A stretch of DNA of 64,000 nucleotides from Lingula anatina (lineage: Eukaryota; Animalia; Brachiopoda). The position numbers were made by a program, and so were the translations under genes. This document shows positions 26,879-40,900 of the stretch, piece after piece. The stretch lies in the NCBI GenBank assembly GCA_051362555.1, contig CM120640.1, positions 5,270,001 through 5,334,000 of the forward strand, given 5' to 3'. How positions within the stretch are numbered: the stretch's first letter is position 1; the number at the start of each line of letters is the position of its first letter. The notes under the pieces are model-generated. The model was not told where the DNA came from and searched no databases. It was given only the letters and a program-made list of their open reading frames with translations.

Positions 26879-28982
26879 TCACCAGTAAAATGTGTTTGAT
26901 ATGTAACTGGCTGCGGCACTGAGCCAACCTTTTGCCTTATTCGCCTGGCCTAACCTTGCCAAGCTGTGGCTGTCTTTGGCAGGACTGTCCTCATCAGGAA
27001 GATACTGGGGGAGATCGAGGTTTTCTTTGTCAGGGGGAGCTGCTGCACCAGCACCAAATGAGATGAACTGCAAAAAAAGTGGAAAAAAAACCATTTCATC
27101 CTTTCGAGAAAGCAAAACAAAGAACTGGATCAATGTTTTATATCATACATAGATGTTAAAAGCTGAATGGAACAAATGTAATTTGTAACTCATCGTTGTT
27201 ACTGTTCCTTTGACATTTTCTTCACAGTTTTCTTTTCATGGCACCATGAAATCAAAATTTAGCGTTACCTCTTCTCCATCTGGTCCTTTGACAACCTGTT
27301 CAGCAGACATTGTGTCAGATTTGGCAATTGCCCTTGCTAAGACCTAGAGAAATAAAATCATATAGCCCTGTAAGTTCAACTGATGAGGATGTCTTCAAAA
27401 AATTGCTTTAAGAATCATCAGGAGTCAAGTACATTTCTTTAAAAATTTGGAGATGAACATAAGCAGATATTTCATTCCTTTGCTCAGTAAAGGCTCCAGT
27501 AAATCCCAGCAAGCTACCCAGCTGGTAATTTAACTGTGGCCTCCTTAAACAAGTTACACAACTCTGAATGAAAATGAGTAATATATATATATATATATAT
27601 ATGTGGTCAGAATGAAATTATTAACCAACCTCTTCTGACATGTCCACCTTTGTACGAAGAATAGCTCTTTTCTTGACCATATCAAAAGTTATACTAATTA
27701 CGCCTTTCACTTCTAGTAAGTGGCTGCGGCAGATCTCCATGTCCGTCTGTACATAAAAAATTTGAAAAAAATAATGGTGAACAAACAAAAAAGTTATGAA
27801 TGGCAAACAGCACCGCCAAATATCAAAGAAGTGACTTCATTTTTAAAGCAATTTTCTTGGGGTTTGTGGTCCAACAATAATATTTTCATTGAACTTTTCA
27901 AAAACCAGTGGAATAAATTTCCTTGGTATTTTCAGTAATCATCAATTCAATGAATACAACATGTCAAAGTGTTTTTTAGGTATGCTTTGTTCCTTTTGTA
28001 TCAAAACTTAGTAAAAAAAATGACAGAGAACACGTCCCACCTTATCTTTAAGTCCTTTGATCTGAAGGACCACCGTCTTACTTCTGCCCTGTGCTATAAA
28101 AAAACCTCCTTTCTTCTTCATTGTTTCTTTTCTGCAAGACTGTGACCTAAGAATAAAATCAAATATGTTGCGGATGAAAAATAATGTAAGATAGATCAAA
28201 TTGTTATCATTTTGCTTACAAGGCTAAAGCTACTTACATGAAAGTTTTTTTTTCTTTGGGGGGGGGGGGGGGGGGGGTGCTGCAAAATTTCTACATTATG
28301 TCATGAAAATATTTTAATGGTTTGTTTTGTCTGCAAATAAAGCAAAAATCTAAGATAATAATATAGTATTGTTCAAATATTTCCACTATCAGATCGTTTT
28401 ACGCAACTGGGCTGTTTTAATAATGACATTTTCCCTTAATTTTTTTTTTATCCATGAAAAGAATGTTTGGTACAGGTATTGGTGCACTGCTTCTATTTGA
28501 ACTTATTGAATAATTTGAGAAGGCGAGTCATAATTTGTATATGTTTCACAACTCCAAATGGCTTCACATGCATCTTGAAATAATCATCTTCCTTATTGGC
28601 ATCATTACACAGGTCTACATTAATTTGAACCAAGGACTTGCATAACATACATAACATCTAAGGCAGAAAGGAAACCTTACACTTCACATATATATATCAC
28701 AATTATCACTAAACTAATCTCTACTACCACATTTTCAATTCAGCTCACCTTGTATTTTTACTGTCTTTCAGGGCATGGCTCTCTTCATACAGAAGCTTGT
28801 GGAGTTGTTTGGCCAAAGTTTGTATCTCATTGTTATCACTGCAGTAAGAGAAAAAATTTTGTTTTCAATGAAATACTGAGATATTCAAAGCACTTATAAT
28901 TATTCATTAATTTTTTTTTTTTTTTTTGGAAATTACCTGAAACTGCCATCCACTGAGCATCTCACGCCAACTGAAACCATTA

Positions 28983-29023
<41 letters not shown>

Positions 29024-30025
29024 TGTGTCTGTGTCTGTGTGTATCACCCCATTTCCATAGATTAGATCGACCTATTTTAGATCGACCTAACTCCCTGGGG
29101 GTTCACGCTAAATAGCTGTCAGCCGGGCGGACACGAAAGTTAATTACCCCCTTACAGCTTGTAGTAGGCGGGACGGACATTTAAGTCAGATTATCTGAAA
29201 GTAATCTAGTGAGACTCCCCGCGGGGATAGATCGATCTAAAATCTATGGGAATAGAGCCTATGTGTGTGCGCACGCACATGCGTGCATGCGAGCGTGTAT
29301 ATATACTTTATCTTACCTCTCCAATAGCATAACAACTTGATCCTCCATGCCCAAGAAACGACTCAGATATGCTCTGTGTTTTGCTGTGTCAGAGAGCAGT
29401 ATGAGAGTCTAAAAGAAAGTATGATATATCAAGTGCTATAAACAATTTGGTGTTTAAAAAATTAAGCAACAAGATTAAGCAAATAATTCATACCATATCA
29501 CAACAAGTTGTTGACATTTTATCTCTTCCGAATATGAGTCTTCATTGCTATCACATTAGTTTAGTTGTCTATTTAGGCATGTATAGGATTGGGAACCTGA
29601 CAGACTGTACTAGTATATTACTTACCTCTAGAGCAGCTTTCCTGAAACTGGGGTCATTGTTTGACAACACCAATACCAGAAACCCTACAGACGCACTATC
29701 CTTGAAATTTGAAAAGAATTGCATTAAATAATGTGAGAGCATTTAATCTTACAATAAAACTGCACATATATTAAAGCACTTCTTTTTAGTTACACTTTTA
29801 GTTATATTAGCTGTTCATGAGCAATAATTTATCATGGGCACCTGACAACAACCAATTCTTATAAATTATTCTGTTGAGAAACAAATTGGCAAAATACATT
29901 TAATAACTTACAATGCTTTTTAACAAGATGTTGATCAGAACCTATACCTGAAGTAGACGCGTTCTTGTGAGAGGATCAGCTGCTATCTTCTTGCAAGCTA
30001 AAACTGTGCTGACATCTGCAGACAT
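26879..30025 (-). CDS. ARMC1: Armadillo repeat-containing protein 1, 8 coding exons
   Basis: Exons are 30025-29948, 29700-29626, 29408-29317, 28838-28749, 28146-28041, 27746-27630, 27343-27269 and 27067-26879, all GT-AG and in frame. The protein has MSADVSTVLACKKIAADP..., an HMA-like KTVVLQIKGL...LLEVKGVISITFD segment, and the diagnostic C-terminus GWLSAAASYISNTFYW. Confidence 0.93.
29049..29254. mobile_element. Putative MITE with imperfect terminal inverted repeats in an ARMC1 intron, flanked by (TG)n-type repeats
   Basis: The left end CCATTTCCATAGATTAGATCGACCT approximates the reverse complement of the right end, CTATTCCCATAGATTTTAGATCGATCT. The element is non-coding. Confidence 0.55.
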
Positions 30026-30432
30026 TTTGGTAGTACACTGTAAAACTGAATCTGAAGGATACATTTGGATTTATTCCACCTAGTACTTATCCAATGACTA
30101 ATGCCCACTGTTAGTGTTACAGACTTTTTTTTTCTGAAACAGTGGGCATAATTCATAATTGCAATTAGCATTTACATTTGAGAATTCAGAGTTTTCCAGT
30201 TGTTTAGAGAAAGGTTTACTCACAACATCAAATCAACGAATAGATCTTACACATGATTTATTTATGAAAAATTGAAAAATATCCCGACAAGTTTGGCCCA
30301 ACCTCACTGACTGATCTTGGCTTTAGTCTAAGCTTCAATCCTAACGTCATCATAACAAAAGACGAACTTTAATCATAATAAATAGGCAGATTGGCACGTT
30401 AGTTTCTGCAATTGTTAAACAATATCACTTAC

Positions 30433-30658
30433 TTGATACTGCTCAAAATTAGAGTTACCTGAAAACGTAGCTAAATTCACTTGCAGTCTCAATATTTTGT
30501 CTTTCGTATTTGATGCCCTTTAACTGATTCGTAATCTTATTGGCCAATGTCGATGACACACTTTTTATTCTCATTTTCATTGGCTGATACAATTGGGTCG
30601 CCACCGGCATTGTGGGAAATAAATTTAAAAGTCTCTGTTGGAACTGGCCTGGTGTCAT
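30433..30658. promoter_or_regulatory. Putative bidirectional promoter and non-coding first exons of ARMC1 (-) and MTFR (+)
   Basis: There is a minus-strand donor (gtaagt) at about 30432 and a plus-strand donor (gtaagt) at 30659. Between them lie the palindromic double CCAAT box ATTGGCCAAT (30539-30548) and further ATTGG boxes. Matching acceptors are at 30038 (-) and 31004 (+). Confidence 0.65.
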
Positions 30659-31074
30659 GTAAGTTCAGTATTATTTCTACTTGTAATATAGTTACATTAA
30701 ATGAAGATTTTTCTATTTTACAGTTATGTACATATATGCCCTCACGTGGATAAGAATTGTTTTTCAGCTTTATATTTTTTGAATTTAGAAAACTGTAAGG
30801 CGGAAAATGTACTGTCCCCAAAATCACATATCGTGCTAATTTTCACAATCATGCCTCACAGTCATTTATCCATTATTATAATTATTAAAAAAGCCTAAAG
30901 CCAAGTCAGCTATCAAATCCACCTTATTTTGATACTTGATTCATTAGAAAAATTCATTTAAAAAATTCCCAAAATTTTCTGTCCAATTTTTCCTATGTTT
31001 CTAGATCTACCAGTACGTCTTTCCTAAGATGAACCAAAGTTTTACATGACATTGAGCCTGAGGACAGAAGCTTC

Positions 31075-33847
31075 ATGGATGTTGTAGAGATCATTAGGAT
31101 GCTGATCGAGTACTTGGGACTGGATTTAATACATTTGGTAAGATTAGTAACTGTTTTTCAGCAGATTTTATGAATATTGATCAATACCTTTAAATAGAAC
31201 TGCCAGGTTTGTGGAGAAAATGCGAAGAATGATGATTGACAAGCATCATTCATATATTCCATAATGATACATGTTTACCTTTATTTCTTGCCTATCAGCC
31301 CCTGCCAATATGGATGACCAACAGCAGAAGTTTAATCAGAACAATCGGAACAAAGCTGCCACTCCAACCTCCAAAAAGAGTCCGAGTCAATGTAAGGAAA
31401 TATTATGCAGATGTTGTAATTACTGTTTCTCCCATCTGACATCTAAATTTTTAAAAAAATTCTTTCTACCATTAGTACACAAATAGAGGATGAGTAAGTA
31501 TATTGTCATCATTAGAATGTTGAGCTTTTTATAAAGGTTGCCATGTTAAATAAATCCATTAGTACACCTATATTTCGCTCCTTGCATCATAAAATTTGTT
31601 GATTGAAAGCCTTTTCCCTGTTACTACAGAGATATCTACTGCATCATTCTGATCATTATGCACGCTGTTCCACACCCGTGTCCATGATAGAGGATGACCA
31701 TCATGGTTTAGAGGAGGCCCTGTGGTTAGATGAAGATGCAGATGACAGGTGAGATAATAACTTCCCATGGTGTTACATTTCTTTCTACAACAAACAAAAA
31801 TCAAAATATCAGTTTTGGGAATGTTGAATCTCTTTTAAAGTTTCATTTATTAATTTTTTATATTTCTTTCTTTCTTTTTTATTCAAGATTTGAAGATCCA
31901 TTCAACTTTAGATCACACCAGAAAAGATTCCACAAGGAACCAGCCAAGCGATTGTTTCATCATCGCTTAAAAGAAGATTTGCATCCCCACCAACAGAGCA
32001 CCTGTGAAGATTCGGCTCTATGGCTTAACAAAGAACTATCTATAACAAACTGTTCCTCTACCTCACAGACTCCAGATCCCGCAGCTATGCAACGGATCTC
32101 AGAACTAGAAGAACAGCTAGAACAACTAAGGAAGCAGATGCAATCAATTGTTCTGATGCAGGAACAAAGTAAAGGTATGGAAGAGTTGGGATTTATTTCC
32201 GAGTGATTGATCAAAACATTGTAATTGTACTGAATTGGTGCCCTGATTTTATTTGTTGGAAAATTCTAAACATTGTCCGTTTTTCTTTGCTTTCAGCTGC
32301 AAGTGGTGTAACCAGCAGTGGGCCTCCTCCAGCAGCTCCGCCACCTCCCCCTCCTCCTCCTCCTCCACCACCCCCACCCCCACCACCTCCACCCATGAGT
32401 GGTCCTATGATGTCACTTAAGGAAACTATTGCAAAGGTAAGGTCTGCACTGTGAGTTTAGCCAATATTCCTTAAGGATACTGTAAGTGTTTGCCAAACAC
32501 TCCTTATTTACTACCTAACATATATTATTTATTTCAGATAAATCTTCAGTGCCAGTGACTAAATAATAAACATTACACACGTCATCTTACGAGTGACGTC
32601 ATAATTGCAATTTTGGGGTAAAAATAGAAAAATTGATTTTTCACATTTCTCTTTTAACTGATGAAGCACAGACACCGTTTCAACGCAAATTTCACAACCC
32701 ATTTAGTACTCCAAAACTTTTCCAACAATTTTTATTAAAGGCCTTAGTTCATATTTTATCAGTGACAAAATAATGAGTTTGTTTAAATCTGGAATTAGGG
32801 GCTCATTAGTCCTTTTAAACCAAAATGAGAGCACAGGATAAAAGCCCATAGACTTGTGGTAAACTGTGCCAATTTTCGTGATAAAGTTTGTTCAGGGACG
32901 GAGTTAGCCCCCCATAGATGACTTATTGAATAATTACGTGCAGAAAAAACTCATTTTTGATGTCTGGATGATAAAAAAACCTTTACAGTACCCTTGAAGC
33001 CAATGGCAGATTGTAGATTGTTCACATTTGAAAACTAAAAGCTGAAGTGGTATAATCAGTAACTTTCAGAACCTTGTTCTTAATATAGAACAAGACTCCT
33101 TCACACATATATAGACTTTATGTCCTCTGTAATGAGTTTATTTATTTATTTATTTATTTATTTTCAGAATAAAAAATCCCAGGGTACAGGTGGCAATAAT
33201 ACAGGCAATGGGCCTAAGGAGACTAGACCAGACATGTCTCAGATATTAAAAGGTTTAGGAAAAGTCAAGTTGAAATCTGTAACTTTGGAAAGGTAAGTGC
33301 AGTTCTGTTCCATTTTGATGAAAATTTTAGTGTTAGAGTTGTACAGTCGCGTCATGTAAATTTATCACTGGGGCTCTTCATGTTGCTACAGCCATTTATT
33401 TGGTGTGCAATTACACAACTGTTCAAAAATATAAAAGTTTGCCCCTGAAACAAGTGTATGATACCCTTTTAGTTCATGCCCACAAGCTACATGCTCATTA
33501 TAAGTACAACATACTGTTACCTTTGAAAAATGTATCACTAATACTCACTTCAACATTTCAGGTCTCCAGGTGGAACCCCAATCAGACCTAAAAAACAAGA
33601 CAGTGCCACTTCATTCATAGCCCAGGCTCTGAAGAAGAAGTTTGCTCACAGACATGTGTACAGCCCTGACCAGGACAAAGAGAACATGAACGACAGTGGT
33701 ACCTTCAGCCCATCATCTCCCACAACTCCAAAGACTGCAGACTTTGGTCCACACATGCTTAAACCCGTGAACAGGAGACTTTCTGGCATCACTAAGGAAA
33801 GGAGGCGTTCTGGTGTTCTTAGTCCATTGGCAGAAGTGAATATGTGA
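31075..33847 (+). CDS. MTFR1: Mitochondrial fission regulator family protein (MTFR1/MTFR2-like), 7 coding exons
   Basis: Exons are 31075-31137, 31299-31391, 31630-31748, 31888-32174, 32297-32436, 33168-33292 and 33562-33847, in frame. Family motifs are IRMLIEYLG, SRSLIRTIGTKLPL, coiled coil ISELEEQLEQLRKQMQSIV, poly-Pro, PDMSQILKGLGKVKLKSV, RSPGGTP and IAQALKKKFAHR. The gene is probably co-orthologous to vertebrate MTFR1/2. Confidence 0.9.
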
Positions 33848-34926
33848 TAACATGGATAGATTTTGTTGTTGAATGAAAGTTGATTACTGACCAACTTTGG
33901 CTCAAAGTCACACTTACATGGGTTTCCAAGTGGCAAAATTGTCAGTGGCGTTTACCTTTCAAAATTGAGAGGGAGTGGACAAGACTTGGTGCTGTTTGAC
34001 CCACTATTCAAATGCCAGCCATTTACAGGAAACAAGTTGGACTTTTTGTATGGTGCTACAACATTATCTGAACTTACAATGTTGTTCACACAAGTTACTT
34101 TTCTCAGATTAAAGGACAGACTTTTCAATTGAATGATCTTTAAGAAAAATATTGCAACATTATGTCCTTAGATACTTAAGAGTGTTGTCATTGATTTATT
34201 TTAATGTGTTGAAGCAAAATGTTTACTTGTATTAATCGGGGATGGTCAAAAGTGCTTGGATGAATGCGATTTTTAAGAGTTCTTTTTATAAGTTCTGTTT
34301 TCAAATGTCAGATTTATTCAGAATTTATCATCTGTAAATATGTAAAAATAAAACAACTGGAAAGTTTTAATAAAATTTTAAAACATGTTCAATATGGTAT
34401 TTTTCAAATTTATTACCATCTTTTGGCAATAATACAGTTTGACTCTTTTAAAAAATACCTGGGCAAGTTTCAAAACACCTGTTGTGCATTTTTACAGCAT
34501 AGCCCATTTCCCTAGCACTATTTTAAACAGTTCATAAAATGGCAGTGGTATGAACTTTCAAAAAATGAAAACGTCTTGAGACAGCAGAAGATTTTAAACG
34601 TTTTTTACTTTCAAGTACATAAACCAATTCTTGTTGAATTTATCAAAGGCACGGTATTACTTATGCTTGTTGATCATTTTTGAATAGCGGAATGTCATTA
34701 ATTGATGTCAACAACCTGAATTATCAGTTGCTACCTGCTCACTGTCTTGACAAACCTCACATTTGAGAATGGGTTAAAGACTTAATTCTCCCAGATTGTT
34801 ACAGTTGTGAGTGTCAGGAAAGGTTGGTTAGATGAAGAAAAATAAATTTTTGATGAACTCTGGGTGACTAATGCGTACAATGTGGTGTTAAGACTTGATG
34901 CAGCATGGCTGCTTTTTCAAATCTGG

Positions 34927-37900
34927 TCAGCTTTTGTTAGCCTGGTTATCTGCCACCCCTTGAAACCTCTTGCCAAATAACGATGAGTAAAGATCATCCC
35001 TGAAAAGGAAAAAAAAATGGTGAGAAATACTGCTTTTCAAGACTTGCTTACCTGTATGTAGACAACTTGGAACTGGGAACTTGAAAATTGACTGGTCTTA
35101 GAGCTATACTTTAAGCACCATTAATACTCACTTAGATTCATCTGTCCAAGTTGTGGTATCTTGTGGAGCCATAAAATTTACCAGCTTGTTTAGAATGTTG
35201 TACCTAGAGTTATAACAATTTACTTTAAAAATTCACTTCTATCAAAAAGGCATTTCTCGAATTACAGTGACATTTATCTGTTCTAAATTTTATCTGTTAT
35301 AAATTTTTCTCACTAAGATTAATTCAATACCCTTTTTCAGAAAAAATACATCTAGCAGCTTGTCAAAGGAAAAAAACAACTGGAAGTACTGATACTGGTT
35401 GGATTCACTATCTTATGAATTAATTGTATTCACAAACTCACCTTATTTTTCGTCCTTTACTTGCTTTTGTATCAACTTTCTTTTTTGATTTACTTCTCAG
35501 TTTCTGTATTTCTAACCACTGCCTAAATAAAAAAAAAAACAAGTTAATATAGCAATGAAAATATCTGTACCTTTTTTCTTTCTTATTCTCATCTAAAGGA
35601 AAAAGAGCACCAATATATGGTCAATGGAAAATCATACTAAATACATTATTTTTATAACAATCATTACATTGTTCATTTTTAGTGAGGAACAATAAAGACC
35701 ACAAATAACATAAATGTCACAATTCATTTCACATAAAAACTGTGATTTACAATCCAGTTAATCTTTTAGAAGAACTATAAAATATATTGATATTTCTTAA
35801 ACTTGTATATCCCTTTTCACCTCGTGATGGCCACTGGATCTGTTAAATCACTTGTTTTTCTTTCTATAAGTTCTCTAAGCAGCTGATGGTAAAAGTCATC
35901 ATCGTCAAATATTTCTTCATCATAATCTTTCAAGTGGTCCCTGTTTGGTAACTGTTCATGTGCCTATTAAATAACCATGGTAAATTAAAAAGTTAAGATT
36001 CATTCATTCCATCTAGTTTTTCATCGAAATTTTTAAAAATTCAAATAGCAAAACAAGCAGGAAAATGGTTTAAGCTTATTCAAGATTTTTCAAATCAAAA
36101 ACAAGATATCTTCAATTCCACCTTTTGTCCCATATTACAGTTCCACTTTATTAGACTTTCCCATACCTCAGTTCTATCTTCATCTTCTTTTTCTTTTCCA
36201 AGAACACGATAAGATGATCTTTTTAACTGGGTCCTCCTTAATAGACGCTCTCTATCAGAAAGAACCTAGAAAAGAGAAATTTAGTATATAATGCAAAGAG
36301 CAATGACTTTTCTTCTCTTCCAATTTTTCATTCACTTGTTTATCTATTTATGAGTTTTAGTCATCCAGTTTAATCAAAATAAAATATGTACAACTAGGGG
36401 TTTTACAGGAATTTACATTAACAACCAGTCCATCCAGGTCATTATTGGTACCTATTGAAAGGTCTCAGGTTGAGACTGTAACATTGGTCAGCTGATAATG
36501 TCAGTTCCAGTACCAGAGTAATACACATATCTTTTTGAGAGGAAAAAGTTGCATCCAAGAAAACAATACATCATTCAACAGCATCTATGTTTACCTGTTC
36601 AATTTGCTTCAGTGTAGATTGGTCAAATGCACTGAAAGATTTACTGCTCACTTTCCCAGCTGCTAATTTGGTTTTGTCATTCCACTTCTGTATTGTATTA
36701 TTCCTAAATTAAAGATTTTTTAAGGGATCGGTATAAATGCTCGCCTTTCTGGACAAAGAACACATTATTTTTAAGCTCATACACAATTGAAATTACAATA
36801 AAAAAACACTGCTGAAACTCACCTTACTGATGAAAATAAAAGTACTTTTTGAAATGGCACTCTAACAACTTTTTTTTTCATGGCCCAATTCAAATTTCAT
36901 GTGTATTTTCACAAAATAAATTTTACTTGATGAAATACACTAAAATTCCAGGAATATTGTCCTCATGTCACGAGGCACTTTTTTTATAACTACCAGAAAA
37001 ATTATAACTTCAGATCATTACTTTAGATTCAGTGAAAACTATTTTGGTTACAAAAAATACTTTTTTTTTATGTGACATTTTCCTTCACTTTTACATGTGT
37101 CAAACTAAAAAAATAAAAGTAAGAAAAATATGACTTATAAATTAACAGAATTTTATCGTTGACACTGAAAAAGATATGCTTTTTACCATGTGGCAGATCT
37201 GTGAATGGCAAGACATACCTACCTGTACAAATGAAAAGCTTTGTGTCTTTTAGCTAGGAATTCTGGAAATTCATCGACTGTAATTTTCCTTTTATGTGAC
37301 AGATCTGGAGATTTTGATGTCTTTTTAGCATTTTTTTCATCATCTTCAAATTCAGACTCACTAGTAATTTCTTCATCTTCAGAATCCTGTGCACTGAAAA
37401 GGTCAATTTTTGCTTAATGAAAAAATTAATAATTCTGCCCCTAAAATCCGAAGTAAAAATTGATTTTAAGTTCAAAACTTTTTTGTTTGTGCTATTAGAT
37501 GAGCAAATATCAAATAAAATACTCCAAAATGTTTTTCTATGATGACCTTTTGTTGTGTGAAAGATAAATACATCCTCCAAGGAAACTCTCCTGTCATATT
37601 TAAAAATACTAGAAAACAGTCAAGATTATTACCTGTTTGGTAGTTTCTGTTGGCCATTGTCAACCAGGTGCTTGACTTCTGGATTTTGTTGTAATAGCAA
37701 TGTTTGCAGTTCAGCAAGAGCATTTTCCAACTGAGATAATACTGATTCCACTGGAAAATGAGGCATATTGTTTTAATAAGAATATCATACATTGTGGCAT
37801 ATAAAACAATTCCCCAATATTATATTAACAAATTCAAAGTGAAATCAACATTAATCTTAGCTTTGATTTCATCATATTATTTGCTGAAGTGAGTTTTTTG

Positions 37901-40900
37901 ACACCCTTTTAAGGAAGAGACACATATATCTGCTTTTCTTCATATCTGCAGTAAAAATGAACTGCATATAATTCTAGGATTACCTAAGTTTGGTATGGCA
38001 TGTTGTGGTATTATATGGTATGGTATGATGTGATCTGCTATGGTGTAGTATGGTACAGTGTAGTATGGTGATGTGATATGAAAATGCGTAGTTTGGAACA
38101 GTGTGATACGGTATATATGAGTATGATATGATATGAGATGGTATGGGTTTCAAAGTTTGCATTTGTATGGTGTAGTACGAGTTGGTATGGTATGATGCGG
38201 TATGGCAAGGTGTGGTTTGGTATGTGATATGGTAAGATGTAGTACAGTAAGACACTTTACAGCACAACTTAGCACACTACAGTTTATGACATGGTTACAT
38301 GAATGCAATATATAAACCAACCTTCTGTTGTGGCTTCCAAATAATTTTCCTCTTTGCTAAAAGCTGGCCAAGTATTAGGTTGAGGAAGCTGATTGGCTAA
38401 TATCAGTGCTTTCTGAAGTTTGATCCTGCCCTCTAGTAAGCTGTCCCACATTGCTACAGGGTAATGAAATTCATTTACAAATCTTAAATATTTCAAATAT
38501 TAAAAAAAACATTATATAATGCAATTCCTTAACAAAAAAATCAAACAATCCTATCATTAACTTTTATCATTTGAACTATTCCATCTAGCAGCTTTTTTAG
38601 GCTCAAATAAGAACCATTTACATGAATCTTTGAAAAATGAACAGAACCTTTGACTTACTTAGTTGAGCTCTTGTTGCCAAGCCCTTTGCCTTTTCCTCTG
38701 CTACATCACCCTTGAATAAACTCTGCACATCCCCTACAAAATAATTGCATTAGCATGGAATGGAAAACAAGCAAGCTGAAACTGACAAATATTTAAACCA
38801 ATATAAAGTCTGAACACTGTCAGGAAATAACTGATTTCAGACTAAACACTAGAATAATCAGTTAATTGGACATTTTAATGAAGAGAGAGGTTTTAATTGG
38901 ATTTAGGTAAACCCTTTTGAGGTTATCATTTAAATTTTGCTGGTGACCCTAGCAGGTCTGAAGCAAACCAGAATAACAGTTTCCTAGACATTACTGAATC
39001 AAGTTTGAAATACATTGCTCAATTTCTTAACAAAGATATACAATTTTCTATAATTCTATATAATTTTCTATATATATATCTTATAATTTGTTCACTATAT
39101 AGTTTGTTTCAACTTTGGCTTGTATTTTGCCCCGACAGATGACTCCAAAATGTTTTAAACAAGGTGACCTCGATTTCAAATTTCTTTGGTGACAAAAAAA
39201 AAATGCAAAAAACATTGACCCAAAAAAGATGGACTGATAAAAGAGATCACTATATATAGTCTTTACTGCAAATGTGCATAAAAGAAAAATATCCTTTAGA
39301 CTTTTAAAGGAATGCACTGTTCACGATAATGTCAAATGAATAAAATACCCTTTTCTTCCTCAATATCATCCTCCTGTTGGTTTGCAGTCTGATCCTTCAA
39401 AAGGTCATCCTCCTCAGTTTCTTCACCTTCAACATCATCATCATCATCATCATCATCACTCATAGCATCACTTCCATCTTCATAATCATCTGAGTGTTCT
39501 GTATTTCCATTTATCTGACTGAAAGTGTTTAAGACATATCTCATAACAACATGTTATATCAGAGCATTATTAGTACCAAATACTTATTTTGATAAAAAGC
39601 ATTTATCAGACATAAATAAAATTATGATTATGATATTTTGTTAAAAAAAAACCAAAAAAGTAATAGATTTGTATATCATATTACATATGTATCATTTGTC
39701 ATCCTTTTTTAAAATTTGGGTTAAAGTGTAACAAAAAACCTTGTAAATCACTTCAAAAGAAATTTATCTGTCATGTGCTTTTAATCTGTTCAATTTCTTA
39801 CATACTCTTTAAGCACACTAGTACAGCAGAAACTACTTTCTTATATTAATAATATACTAATTCTTAATTAACAATTTTTTTTTCAATGGCTGACATATAC
39901 CTTTTCCCTGCAGTTTTATCTGTGAGTTTGTTTTTGAAAGTCTCCAGATCAATGTCTTCTAGGTCGCTGTCTTCCCTGTCTTCATCACTACTTTCCAAGC
40001 TGCCTTCTTCTTCACTTAAAAATTCTTCTTCATTATCTGATTCTGTGCTAGCATCTAAAATAATATTTTTTGGAAATAAAAAATACAATAATAAATCACA
40101 TCCTAATTGATTTACATTTTTAAAACACAGATATTGGCAAACAAATTTATTTTGAGATTATATCAAAATGACATGGATACAGATACTGAAAACAATGCTT
40201 TAACCCTATCAAAATAAGAAACCAAATGCTTCTCAACCCATCTCTGGCAAGTCAGAAAAAATAAACCCCACAGCAGGGCTAGACACTAACTTTTATAAGC
40301 ACCTGTCCTTCGGACAGGTGGTCATAAATTTGACCTGTCTGATTTTCAAACCAACCTGTCCAACAAAACCAATATTTTTTTCTATTAATACCTAGAACTT
40401 TGTAAATTAATATGTGTAGTCATACATTTAATGGATTTATTACCAAAATACTCAATCAAATGAGCTGGGAAAATGCACCTTAAAGTGAATTTATTTTCAG
40501 ATAAAAAGTTGCTTTTTCAAACTTGTGAACTCCTGAAGATTAAATCTTGCATATAAGTCTGATTTAACATAGTTCCAATCAGGGCTTCTCCTAGGATTTG
40601 GGGTACAGAGTCTACTTATTGTAAATCTGCAATTTGATAAGAGATTCACATGAAGTTTAACCACAGCTAAAAAAAAAAAACAACAAAAAAAAAAAAAAAA
40701 CTGAGCGGGAAGTGGGGAGGGGTACTGTTAAATTAATTTTATTAAAATATTCAAAATTAATTATATTTGAATATAGTTCAATGAAAAGTTAAATAATATT
40801 CATTTTATAATACTCAACTTTTATTTATGTTAAGAATTTAACTTCTTTAGGGGTTATCATGTGTTTGAATTTTTTTTAATATATGAATTAAATAATATCA

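Noticed and set aside
32211-32396. Poly-glycine ORF
   Set aside because: Reverse complement of the MTFR poly-proline exon.
37980-38267. His/Thr/Tyr-rich ORF
   Set aside because: Translation of a degenerate pentamer repeat inside an AATF intron.
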